Shown here piece after piece: positions 24,641 through 34,915 of a DNA stretch of 34,915 bases. The position numbers were made by a program, and so were the translations under genes. Position 1 is the stretch's first letter. Every line of letters begins with the position of its first letter. The notes below the pieces were generated by a model that was given only the letters and a program-made list of their open reading frames with translations, was not told the DNA's origin and made no database searches. The stretch covers positions 11,612,169 through 11,647,083 of the forward strand of contig NC_068999.1 in NCBI RefSeq assembly GCF_001194135.2, given 5' to 3'. The stretch comes from Octopus bimaculoides. Its lineage: Eukaryota.

Positions 24641-25446
24641 TCTCACATTCTATCAAACGGGTAGCATCTGTTAAATTATTGAAACAAGTATATAGAACCC
24701 AGGCAAGTGGTTAAAAGAGAACAAGAGAAAAAGGTCTGTTATGAACTTCTTAAGAAGAGCTTAATACCCATTTACCTCTCACAAAGCCTCAGGTTCTGTC
24801 GACTTACTTAATTCAACATTGACATGGAAACAGAATACTCTCCATACAATACATATGTGTGTGTGCGTATGTGTGCGTGTGTGTGTGTTTGTGTTTGTGT
24901 GGGTGTGTCTATCATGCATGCGTACGTTTCAAGTCAAATTAAGAGGAAATATTATCTCCATTAGACCTACAGAATGTTATTTCAAATCCCAGTTGGAAGA
25001 TTATGCTATTGCATTCCAGGATCAAGAGAGCTATAAAATACTTAGTGGAAAAAAAAATGAAATTCATGAATATCCAAAATGGTGTCTAAGCTATCTGTTA
25101 TTTCATAACGATGTGAACGTCATTTCACATGAAATCGGTAAACCCAAACTAACCAGAAGGTATTAAGCAGTATACTATATACAAAGTTGCCTCTGAAAAT
25201 ATATATAATGCCATACACAAGAAAGAGTGCACTGGGTTAAACTCGAAGAATATTATAGCTGACTTCAAGAAATAATCTTAATATTTATGCTTACATAAAA
25301 ATATCCTACAAACTTTAAGTACGCTCACACGAGCGCTCGCACGCACACAGACACACTTATATATATATACATATTAACAATTGGTTATATACTTGTATTA
25401 TAGATACATATGTGTGTATGAATGTTTGTATATATGTCCGAATATA

Positions 25447-25582
25447 TAGTAATACCTCAGTTTACGAGAAGCCGCTTTAGGTGACGCCGGGTTTACGAGC
25501 TTTTACGGGTTTTATTTTGTTTACGCGTTTTCGCTTTAAGAACTTTCTCCAGGAACGAATTAACTCCTATATCGAGGATCTA
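25447..25582. mobile_element. Tigger/pogo-like MITE relic
   Basis: Left end tagtaatacctcagtttacgag with an internal repeat of gtttacgag; right end ggaacgaattaactcctatatcgagg is a degenerate inverted match. Confidence 0.5.
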
Positions 25583-25665
25583 GTGCCTTGCTCAAGGAGA
25601 TATCGCACCGCCTGGCCCAGGATTGAACTTATAAATTTAGAATCCTCAGCCAATATTCTATCCGG
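25581..25665 (-). mobile_element. tRNA-derived SINE head relic
   Basis: gtgccttgctcaagga...caggattgaac (reverse B-box GTTCAATCC). Confidence 0.5.
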
Positions 25666-25819
25666 TAGAAAGAGCGTTTTCAGAACAATATTACATATTC
25701 GCATACTACAAAAACAGCACCAATATTTGAACGAATGTGTGAAGACGCTAGCAAAATGGTGCTGTTAGTTATATAATCTTAATACCTTCATACACATACT
25801 GACAACTTTAAATGCGGAA

Positions 25820-26200
25820 GGAAATATTGGATGATATACATGCGATTGAGAATATAAGATAAAAAAATAAGATGGTCGGCTGGAAACAATTTTAGCGCTA
25901 TTATTGATAACGGCAAATCTAAATTTAAATAGCAAAAACAATGACGCCACTACCAACGAAAAAATCATTAAACATAACATAAACAACGAAGGAAGGAATC
26001 TTTGCATGTGATGTTAGAAATAACAGCCAAATATCTCTGAAATCGAAACATTTTTTACTAGGAAGGAGATTGTGAATAATTATCTCATGGATTCTCTTCA
26101 AATAAACAAAATACCAGCTGGTAATAGATGGAATGTATGCAGTCATAGATCCACTGGATCGGAATTTACCTGGGGTTAAACAACATCAACGGTAATGACA
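25820..26200 (+). mobile_element. Possible LINE 3' end relic with a decayed (CAA)n tail
   Basis: KIRWSAG resembles the KWRWAGH motif; ends ggggttaaacaacatcaac followed by CAA-rich sequence. Weak. Confidence 0.3.
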
Positions 26201-26579
26201 ATAAAAATGAAGACAACTTCACCGCCAAGAACGAAAGACAAAAACCAGTGAAACAACAACGTGAGCGATAATATGAACGGCAAAAGCACTCAAGAGACAG
26301 CGTTAGCGCGCTGCCGGCGCGCAAAAGCTCATAATACAAGAGGAACTATATCAACAACATTGCCGCAAGGAATGGCAGAAATTGCTAGAAGCAATCACAG
26401 AAAATAATGGAAGTATTTACTTTAGGAATTTTTTTTTTTTTTCTATTTCTATTTCAAAACATTGAGATTTCCACCGCTTTTAAAGCCACAATCACCGACC
26501 AACCATCAAACAAATAATTCCATCTAAAAACGATCTTAAAATACATTCACTGCAGTACAGCGGGCAATTGAACACACAA

Positions 26580-27055
26580 GGCAGATATAATTTATACACA
26601 CGCATACAAACACAGCCGCGCACACCCCATTCTCATTCACAAACACAGACACACATATACACACACACACACACACCCACAAACACAAACACACACACAC
26701 AAACACACACACACATACTCGCGCGTGAACGCTCATATATGTATATTTATAAATATATACATATACAAATGAAAATAAGCAGACACGTACATAGAGTCAC
26801 AAACATATATATATACACGCATCTATATAGTATTTACATCATATGTGTATTTACATGCGTAATATACATGTGTATATACACATTATTTTTATATGTATAT
26901 ATATATATATATATGTAGGTATATATATATATGTAGGCATATATATATATATATATACATGTACAAATATATATATATACATATATACGTGTGTGTGTGC
27001 TTATGTGTCTATACATATACACATACGTATATATATGTGTATGTGTGTGTCAATT
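26580..27055. repeat. CA/TA/TG microsatellite cluster
   Basis: Visible runs. Confidence 0.88.
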
Positions 27056-27403
27056 AAGCAAAGCTATATCTATGTACGGTAAAGCGTATATCAAAAGAAT
27101 ACAAAATATATTCAAGTATTATAAATCCTCACTGTGTATTACCGACAAAAGTAGACTCATTCCTCTCATAATACCGATATGCATAAAAAAGACGGATCAA
27201 GTCCCATGACAGAGCGTTTCATGTATTATTGTATATCCATCATAGAAGATGTGGCTGTTTTAAGTCACCAGTGAACAGTGAAGTACGGTTGTTCACAAAG
27301 CAGCCTAACATATTTCGATGAGAACGTTAGTATTTAGTCTAATTTGCATATTTGCATTTGGATGTCTCATCATGGAACACTAATTTTTTTTTTTTTCTAT
27401 CAA

Positions 27404-27604
27404 AGGCATGAAAGCCTGGTGTTTCTGTGGAGAGTGCTACGCGCCATGGACCTCACCGCTGCTTAACCGGCATTTACATCATATCGACCTCGAAAGGAAT
27501 TGAAGTTGGGGTCGACCTTCGTAGAATTTGAACTCAGAACGTAAACAGGCGAAATGGCTCTTAGCATTCTCTCCGACTCGCTAAATGATCTACCAGCACA
27601 CCGC
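27404..27604 (-). mobile_element. Family-A SINE, old diverged copy
   Basis: atatcgacctcgaaagga...gtcgacctt...aatttgaactcagaacgtaa...taccagcacaccgc. Confidence 0.8.
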
Positions 27605-27637
27605 TATTATGTCAAAATGATACGAGGGTGTGTGTAT

Positions 27638-27638
<1 letters not shown>

Positions 27639-27674
<36 letters not shown>

Positions 27675-28322
27675 TTGCGGGTTNNNNNNNNNNNNNNNNN
27701 NNNNNNNNNNNNNNNNNNNNNNNNNNNNNNNNNNNNNNNNNNNNNNNNNNNNNNNNNNNNNNNNNNNNNNNNNNNNNNNNNNNNNNNNNNNNNNNNNNNN
27801 NNNNNNNNNNNNNNNNNNNNNNNNNNNNNNNNNNNNNNNNNNNNNNNNNNNNNNNNNNNNNNNNNNNNNNNNNNNNNNNNNNNNNNNNNNNNNNNNNNNN
27901 NNNNNNNNNNNNNNNNNNNNNNNNNNNNNNNNNNNNNNNNNNNNNNNNNNNNNNNNNNNNNNNNNNNNNNNNNNNNNNNNNNNNNNNNNNNNNNNNNNNN
28001 NNNNNNNNNNNNNNNNNNNNNNNNNNNNNNNNNNNNNNNNNNNNNNNNNNNNNNNNNNNNNNNNNNNNNNNNNNNNNNNNNNNNNNNNNNNNNNNNNNNN
28101 NNNNNNNNNNNNNNNNNNNNNNNNNNNNNNNNNNNNNNNNNNNNNNNNNNNNNNNNNNNNNNNNNNNNNNNNNNNNNNNNNNNNNNNNNNNNNNNNNNNN
28201 NNNNNNNNNNNNNNNNNNNNNNNNNNNNNNNNNNNNNNNNNNNNNNNNNNNNNNNNNNNNNNNNNNNNNNNNNNNNNNNNNNNNNNNNNNNNNNNNNNNN
28301 NNNNNNNNNNNNNNNNNNNNNN

Positions 28323-28358
<36 letters not shown>

Positions 28359-28360
28359 GT
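27639..28360. other. (TA)n runs flanking a 639-N gap (27684-28322)
   Basis: Direct observation. Confidence 0.97.
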
Positions 28361-28674
28361 ATATAACTTTTGAGAAAGATGCTACGAGGAATGGAATAAT
28401 GTAGGAGTTTGTCAAGTAAATGCAGAATGATCCTCACTGAGGTGGATCTCTTGATTGGCCCTAGTTAGATGCTGCTTTGTATCCCAATAGCTTCCTCATC
28501 CATCTATTCACACCTTTTGCGAGTTATATATGCATTTCATCTCATTTACCGTCACCTACACCTTTCATTCCTTATCAATTTTATACGAATATAATGAACG
28601 TCTTCAGGAGTTATAATGTGGCGTTGTCCTGTTGCCCTATTCCGATAAATAATTAATTATTATCCAGTATGTTA

Positions 28675-28831
28675 AGGCTGTGAGCTGGCAGAATCATTAG
28701 CACGCCGGGTATTTTGTCCGTCATTACGTTCTGAGTTCAAATTCTACCTAAGTACCAGTGAAACACTGGTTCGATCTAATCAACTTCACGCCTTCTACAA
28801 TACTGCTGTCTTAGTGCCGAAATTTAAAACT
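28675..28831 (+). mobile_element. Family-A SINE with two internal deletions
   Basis: ggctgtgagctggcagaatcattagcacgccggg head; lacks the gaaatgcttagcgg segment and the gaggtcgac...ggggtcgataa segment. Confidence 0.85.
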
Positions 28832-28834
28832 ATT

Positions 28835-29030
28835 CAGAGGATAGCAGGAACAAAATGCGTTTCAGTAATTCTTTCGAATCGTTACGGTTTTTAGTTCAAA
28901 TCCTGCCGAGGGCAACAACTGCTTGCATCCCTGGGCGCCCGTAAAAATAAGTACCAGTAAATTATCGGCGTCGATGTCATTGACCAACCCTTCTTCCTCA
29001 AGATTGCTGGCCGAGTAACTAAACAGAAGC
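28835..29030 (+). mobile_element. Family-A SINE, old diverged copy
   Basis: ttagttcaaatcctgccgagg B-box region, aataagtaccagt, gtcgatgtcattgac, aagattgctggcc tail. Confidence 0.75.
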
Positions 29031-29048
29031 AATTCTTATGATCGGTAA

Positions 29049-29480
29049 GGCGGCGAGCAGGCAGAAACGTTAGCATGCCGGACGAAATGCTTTGCGGTAT
29101 TTCGTCTGTCTTTATGTTCTGAGTTCAAATTCCACCGTGGTCGACTTTGCATTTCATCCTTTCAGGGTCCGTGAAATAAGTACCAGTTACGTACTGAGGT
29201 CGATGTAATCGACTTAATCCGTTTGTCTGTCCTTGTTTGTCCCCTCTGTGTGTAGCCCCTTGTGGGCAGTAAAGAAATAAGAAACGTTAGCGCGCCGGGC
29301 GAAGTGCTTAGCGGTATTTCGTCTGTCTATACGTTCTGAGTTCAAATTCCGCCGAGGTCGACTTTGCCTTTCATCCTTCCATGGTCGATAAATTAAGTAC
29401 CTGTTTTCGTACTGGGATCGATCTAATCGACTGACACCGCTCCCCTAAAATGTTTCGGGCCTTGTGCCTAGAGTAGAAAA
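29049..29480 (+). mobile_element. Family-A SINE dimer, full length
   Basis: Head ggcggcgagcaggcagaaacgttagc; junction gtaaagaaataagaaacgttagc at ~29270-29290; tail 2 gccttgtgcctagagtagaaaa; flanked by AATTCTTATGATCGG (29031) and AATTCTTATCGG (29482). Confidence 0.95.
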
Positions 29481-29493
29481 TAATTCTTATCGG

Positions 29494-30440
29494 CGTTGCT
29501 GCCGTTGTTATGGTTACCATTCGTGTTGCTATTGACGCCGTGTTGTTGTTCTTCCCGTTGCTGTGATCGCAGTTGTTTTCATTGCAGTTATAGTGTTTTT
29601 GTTCATTGTTTTCTTTTTCATGCTTAGCTGCTGCTGCTTCTGCTGTTGCTGCTGCTGTTGCCTTTGTCGTCATTTTTGTTGTAGTTGTAATTGTTGTCGT
29701 TTTGTTTTTCATTGTTTTTTTTTTTTTCAATTTTTCTTTTCTTCTTTTCTCGTTGTTGTTTTAATTCTTGTTGTTGATGTGGATCTTCAGTTCCATTGGA
29801 TTTTCTTGTAACTTTCCTTGTTTTTTGCTGTTGTTGCACTTTGGCATTCTGCTGATGCTGCCGATGCAGAAGCAGCCGATATTGTCGTCATCATCGTTGT
29901 TACGCTTTTACTCTTTTACTTGTTTCAGTCTTTTGACGGCGGCCATGCTGGAGCACGCCCTTTTAGTCGAGCAAATCGACCCCAGGACTTATTTTTTGTA
30001 AGCCTAGTACTTATTCTATCGGTCTCTTTTTGCCGAACCGCTAAGTTACGGGGACGTAAACACACCAGCATCGGTTGTCAAGCGATGCTAGGGGGACAAG
30101 CACAGACACACAAACACACATATATATATACATATACATATATACGACGGGCTTCTTTCAGTTTCCGTCTACTAAATCCACTCACAAGGCTTTGGTCGGC
30201 CCGAGGCTATAGCAGAAGACACTTGCCCAAGATGCCACGCAGTGGGACTGAACTCGGTACTATGTGGTTGGTAAGCAAGCTACCTACCTCACAGGCACGT
30301 TGCTGATGTTTTTATTGTTATTGTTATTGTTATTGTTGCTTTTGCTCTTGTAATTGTTTTTTTATTATTTTTTGTGTCGCTGTATTGTTCCTGTTGATGT
30401 TGCTGATGTTGTGGTTATTGATGATGATGTTCTTGTAATC
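29494..30440. repeat. Degenerate (GTT)/(GCT) low-complexity tract, split by a SINE
   Basis: ttg/ctg-rich at 29494-29900 and 30300-30440; source of the Q/T/A/N/K-rich and V/L/C-rich ORFs. Confidence 0.8.
29905..30294 (-). mobile_element. Family-B SINE, near full length
   Basis: Reverse complement of 18730-19120 at high apparent identity; lacks the first ~13 nt. Confidence 0.93.
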
Positions 30441-31087
30441 AACATCTACAAGCGTTCCCGCTGCTGCTACTGTTTCTGCCTCTAAATTTATACGTGCAGC
30501 TATTTCTGTTTCGGCGAGCGCAGTCCTGTCGGTGCAAACATAAGTTGTTGGTGCATAGCAATAAATAAACGTCCATTACCTGTTTATTTAATGAATACCT
30601 GACTAGATGAAGTTCTAAAGTTGGCTTGGAAAAAATAACAAAAACAAAAACAACAATAATTAAACAAGCAGACAAAGTAAAATAAAATAAAATAAAACAA
30701 AATTAAAAGCAGAAAAAAAAACAAATCGCTAAAAAATATCTGAAGCAGATTTTCCAGTTTTAAATATTGATGTTATTACGCATGTTTCTACTATTGTTGT
30801 TCTAATGTTGCTTATTGTTGTTTGTTATTATTTTTGATTAGACCGGAGTTAAGTTCAGGGAGAGTGGGAGAGAGAGACAGACTGACAGAAAGTGAGACGG
30901 GCAAGATAAGGAAGAGCGAGAGAGAAAGAGAGAGATATGCTTTTTTTTTATAGTTAATCAAACGAAATTTTCGTCTCTCGTTATTGTCGCAGTTCACGCT
31001 GACGCTCTTCTTGTAACTGTTTTGGTTAATGAACAAGCCTTGTTGATTAGATTCAAGTTTGCCAATATCTAGAGAATATATATATAT

Positions 31088-31674
31088 NNNNNNNNNNNNN
31101 NNNNNNNNNNNNNNNNNNNNNNNNNNNNNNNNNNNNNNNNNNNNNNNNNNNNNNNNNNNNNNNNNNNNNNNNNNNNNNNNNNNNNNNNNNNNNNNNNNNN
31201 NNNNNNNNNNNNNNNNNNNNNNNNNNNNNNNNNNNNNNNNNNNNNNNNNNNNNNNNNNNNNNNNNNNNNNNNNNNNNNNNNNNNNNNNNNNNNNNNNNNN
31301 NNNNNNNNNNNNNNNNNNNNNNNNNNNNNNNNNNNNNNNNNNNNNNNNNNNNNNNNNNNNNNNNNNNNNNNNNNNNNNNNNNNNNNNNNNNNNNNNNNNN
31401 NNNNNNNNNNNNNNNNNNNNNNNNNNNNNNNNNNNNNNNNNNNNNNNNNNNNNNNNNNNNNNNNNNNNNNNNNNNNNNNNNNNNNNNNNNNNNNNNNNNN
31501 NNNNNNNNNNNNNNNNNNNNNNNNNNNNNNNNNNNNNNNNNNNNNNNNNNNNNNNNNNNNNNNNNNNNNNNNNNNNNNNNNNNNNNNNNNNNNNNNNNNN
31601 NNNNNNNNNNNNNNNNNNNNNNNNNNNNNNNNNNNNNNNNNNNNNNNNNNNNNNNNNNNNNNNNNNNNNNNNNN
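31088..31674. other. Assembly gap (N)
   Basis: 587 N after (TA)n. Confidence 0.99.
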
Positions 31675-32145
31675 GATTGGCAAAATAGTTAAAGGGTCGC
31701 TCAAAACGTTTCGGTGTATTTGTTAGGGATCTTAGCCTCCCGAATTCAAATCACGCCAAATCAACCTCGTTTCTTATCCAATTTGTCTCCATACATGTGT
31801 TTGTGTGTGTCAGTCTGTGTGTGTATGTATGTGTGCATGAATGAGAGCTCACAGGGGCTGCAACCCTGGAAAAACACCAGCTCGAGAAATCCTTAATAAG
31901 GACCCATCGTTCGGCTAATTCTGCGCTGGGCTTAATCCTCTGTGAGCAGATGTGTATTTACTATAAAAATTTATGGATCGTTTAGTAGATCCCTAATGTG
32001 CAACATGTTCGCAGAAACGAAAAATGCTATTGACACTAAATGCGATTAATGGTGTCAAGACACCTACGTTGTTAGAAATAAAAGCTAAACTGGTCTAATG
32101 TTGTGGGAACAGCACAATAACGCATACATAAGAGTAATTTGTAGT

Positions 32146-32221
32146 GGATAGTTTAGCTTAATCAGTCAAAGCATCGTGACGCGTAATCACGGGGATGTGA
32201 GTTCGAGTCCACAGCTAGCCA
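32146..32221 (+). tRNA. tRNA-like cloverleaf (CGT at the anticodon position): pseudogene or SINE head
   Basis: D stem GCTT/AAGC; anticodon stem CGTGA/TCACG with loop CGCGTAA; T loop TTCGAGT; acceptor GGATAGTT/AGCTAGCC with one mismatch. Defects: G instead of the invariant U33, a deletion in the T stem, and no oligo-T terminator. Confidence 0.6.
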
Positions 32222-32329
32222 CCTACACTCTGCAAAATAGGGGTAGTTTATCCTGTTCAGGTTATATTATTAGCATTATTCTGCGATTGAGAATTTAAAA
32301 TTACTTCTTTATATATATACATATATATG

Positions 32330-32360
<31 letters not shown>

Positions 32361-32831
32361 NNNNNNNNNNNNNNNNNNNNNNNNNNNNNNNNNNNNNNNN
32401 NNNNNNNNNNNNNNNNNNNNNNNNNNNNNNNNNNNNNNNNNNNNNNNNNNNNNNNNNNNNNNNNNNNNNNNNNNNNNNNNNNNNNNNNNNNNNNNNNNNN
32501 NNNNNNNNNNNNNNNNNNNNNNNNNNNNNNNNNNNNNNNNNNNNNNNNNNNNNNNNNNNNNNNNNNNNNNNNNNNNNNNNNNNNNNNNNNNNNNNNNNNN
32601 NNNNNNNNNNNNNNNNNNNNNNNNNNNNNNNNNNNNNNNNNNNNNNNNNNNNNNNNNNNNNNNNNNNNNNNNNNNNNNNNNNNNNNNNNNNNNNNNNNNN
32701 NNNNNNNNNNNNNNNNNNNNNNNNNNNNNNNNNNNNNNNNNNNNNNNNNNNNNNNNNNNNNNNNNNNNNNNNNNNNNNNNNNNNNNNNNNNNNNNNNNNN
32801 NNNNNNNNNNNNNNNNNNNNNNNNNNNNNNN
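32361..32831. other. Assembly gap (N)
   Basis: 471 N after (TA)n. Confidence 0.99.
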
Positions 32832-33070
32832 GATGCCCTCAAGACCCGACATCGTGGTTTCAATTCCGGTCCCGTAAATTTCGTTGTGTACTTGAGGAGA
32901 ACACTTCATATCTGGTTGCCTTGCAATGCCTTCGGTATATGGCGTGTGGTACATTATGCACCCGTTCAGGTAACCTCGAATGGTGCGGGGTAATCTGAAT
33001 AAGCTAAATAATTTGTCCAGGTTGTCCAACATGATATTACAGAACCGTGTTTCTCGGAGTACAAGACATC
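32832..33070 (+). mobile_element. Family-C tRNA-derived SINE, diverged
   Basis: B-box-like gtggtttcaattccggtccc followed by cgttgtgtacttgaggagaacactt (Meta/CORE-like central motif). Confidence 0.5.
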
Positions 33071-33089
33071 GCCATGATTCGTACGTGTA

Positions 33090-33553
33090 CGTATACATAC
33101 ACATACGCACACACACACACACACGCACACACNNNNNNNNNNATACATACACATACGCACACACACACACACACGCACACACACATACACACACTCAAAC
33201 ACACAAGCACACACACACACAAACATAATCATCCATACAAATTGCATATTGGGGATATTTTCAACTTTAATTTATACTTTTTTAATACGCTATACATTAC
33301 GTTATCATATCATTTGACAGGTTCATACAGTCACATACACACGGACATACACGCGTACTATCACACAGGAGGTACATGTTTAATATAGACATACACATGT
33401 GCATATTTATAGTTATCCATACCTATATACTTACACTAGATTTATGTGTGTATAAACATTTTTTTTGCATGTATATATAACTATATATATATATATATGT
33501 ACATATTTATATGCATATATGTATTTATATATGTAGGTATGCATTTATCTAAC

Positions 33554-33586
<33 letters not shown>

Positions 33587-33656
33587 TTATATGATTTTAA
33601 TTATATTTGTTTTTAATGTCATAAACCATATTATTATTACTATCATTATCCTTGTG

Positions 33657-33715
<59 letters not shown>

Positions 33716-34148
33716 CATTAATATTTTCATTATTATTATTATTTTTCTCGTTTTTATTATTTTTAATTTTAGTCCTTTTGGCAAATTATTATCATCGTCA
33801 TTATGGCCATGATTTATATCATCATCATCATCATCGTCGTCGTCATCATCATCATCAGCAGCAACAGCATGAGCATCACCGTCACTTTCATGAGTCTATT
33901 ATTTCAAACATATTCCATCTTTCAACTATTTTCAATACATATTATATNNNNNNNNNNNNNNNNNNNNNNNNNNNNNNNNNNNNNNNNNNNNNNNNNNNNN
34001 NNNNNNNNNNNNNNNNNNNNNNNNNNNNNNNNNNNNNNNNNNNNNNNNNNNNNNNNNNNNNNNNNNNNNNNNNNNNNNNNNNNNNNNNNNNNNNNNNNNN
34101 NNNNNNNNNNNNNNNNNNNNNNNNNNNNNNNNNNNNNNNNNNNNNNNN

Positions 34149-34184
<36 letters not shown>

Positions 34185-34537
34185 CACTATATCATGCCAC
34201 TTCAAATAATACAACTTTATACTATACATCACATTCACACCCATAACACCAGTCTTCTCTCTTCCTCTCTCTCTCTTCCTCCTCTTCTTTCTCACACGCT
34301 GACACACTCGCCCCCTTACACACGAGCGCACACATACACAAACCTTGTACCATTCACACGTTTTTCTCTCGGTCTCTCTCTCCATCTCTCCATCTCTTTC
34401 TCTCTCTCTTTCGCTCTGTCCTCCTTTCTGTCCTTCTCAGACACACAGCCTTTTCCCCTCTCTCTATATCTCTCTTATATATATACTGTCTTTATATTCT
34501 TATGTGTCTAGTACTTTCACAGAAACACACCCATAAG

Positions 34538-34576
<39 letters not shown>

Positions 34577-34755
34577 ATGCGTGTGTGTGTGTGTGTGTGT
34601 GTATACATGTATATATGTATATATATCTACATATACAAATATATATACATATATATATATATGTATATATACATACATGTATATATATTTATATATACAT
34701 GTGTGTGTGTGTATTTATGTATATATGTATATATGCGGATATATATGTATATAGA
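33090..34755. repeat. Microsatellite-rich end region: CA, TA, TG, (ATT)n, (ATC)n, CT; gaps at 33133-33142 and 33948-34148
   Basis: Visible runs; source of the poly-Ile, poly-His and Y/I/C/V ORFs. Confidence 0.9.
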
Positions 34756-34915
34756 TCCACCCAAAACATACGTGCCCCAGGGCCATTCATGGCCATAACA
34801 CACCCATGTCTTTTGATAAGCTATGCAAAAAATAAAAATATAACGATAAAAAAAAATGAAAAATAAAATTTAAAAAAATATAATTTCTCTTAAAGAACCA
34901 CGCGCAGAGGCGCAT

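Noticed and set aside
24930-25166. Protein-like tail of ORF 24819-25166
   Set aside because: The ORF start is a (TG)n repeat; no motif or splice sites support the remainder.
29371-29839. Q/T/A/N/K-rich minus-strand ORFs
   Set aside because: Degenerate (CAA)/(CAG) low-complexity tract with all frames similarly biased; the ORF runs into a SINE.
18720-30294. Long-range pairing between oppositely oriented SINE copies about 11 kb apart
   Set aside because: Expected for any abundant SINE; the distance makes specific pairing unsupported.
30590-30720. Minus-strand microexon candidate (pyrimidine tract, then ...CTAGTCAG|GTATTC)
   Set aside because: The tract is simply an A-rich low-complexity run on the plus strand, the donor is weak and no partner exon was found.
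33778-33900. His-rich ORF (HHHHHRRRHHHHQQQQ)
   Set aside because: Translation of an (ATC)n/(GTC)/(CAG) microsatellite continuous with (ATT)n.

Overview
AT-rich eukaryotic non-coding DNA, very rich in microsatellites, with nine assembly gaps (about 3.9 kb of N). The SINE families resemble those I associate with octopus genomes, so the source is probably a cephalopod (inference; no search run). I find no intact protein-coding gene. The long ORFs in the track either span N gaps or are translated microsatellites. Supported content: (i) about 20 copies or fragments of tRNA-derived SINEs, labelled here family A, B and C, including a recurrent head-to-tail family-A dimer and a closely spaced inverted pair; (ii) two clear 5'-truncated R4/Dong-like restriction-endonuclease retrotransposons, plus a probable third 3' UTR, stacked in one (TAA)n array at 5.8-7.6 kb, and another beside (TTA)n at 17.1 kb, all with a related 3' hairpin; (iii) a full-length dead Tc1 element (19607-20850), two further Tc1/mariner-superfamily transposase relics and several MITE-like elements; (iv) two hammerhead-like motifs of the Penelope-element type; (v) a tRNA-like cloverleaf; (vi) a few isolated exon candidates, the best at 7947-8004. 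Boundaries of diverged repeats are approximate. All family names come from motif recognition by eye.
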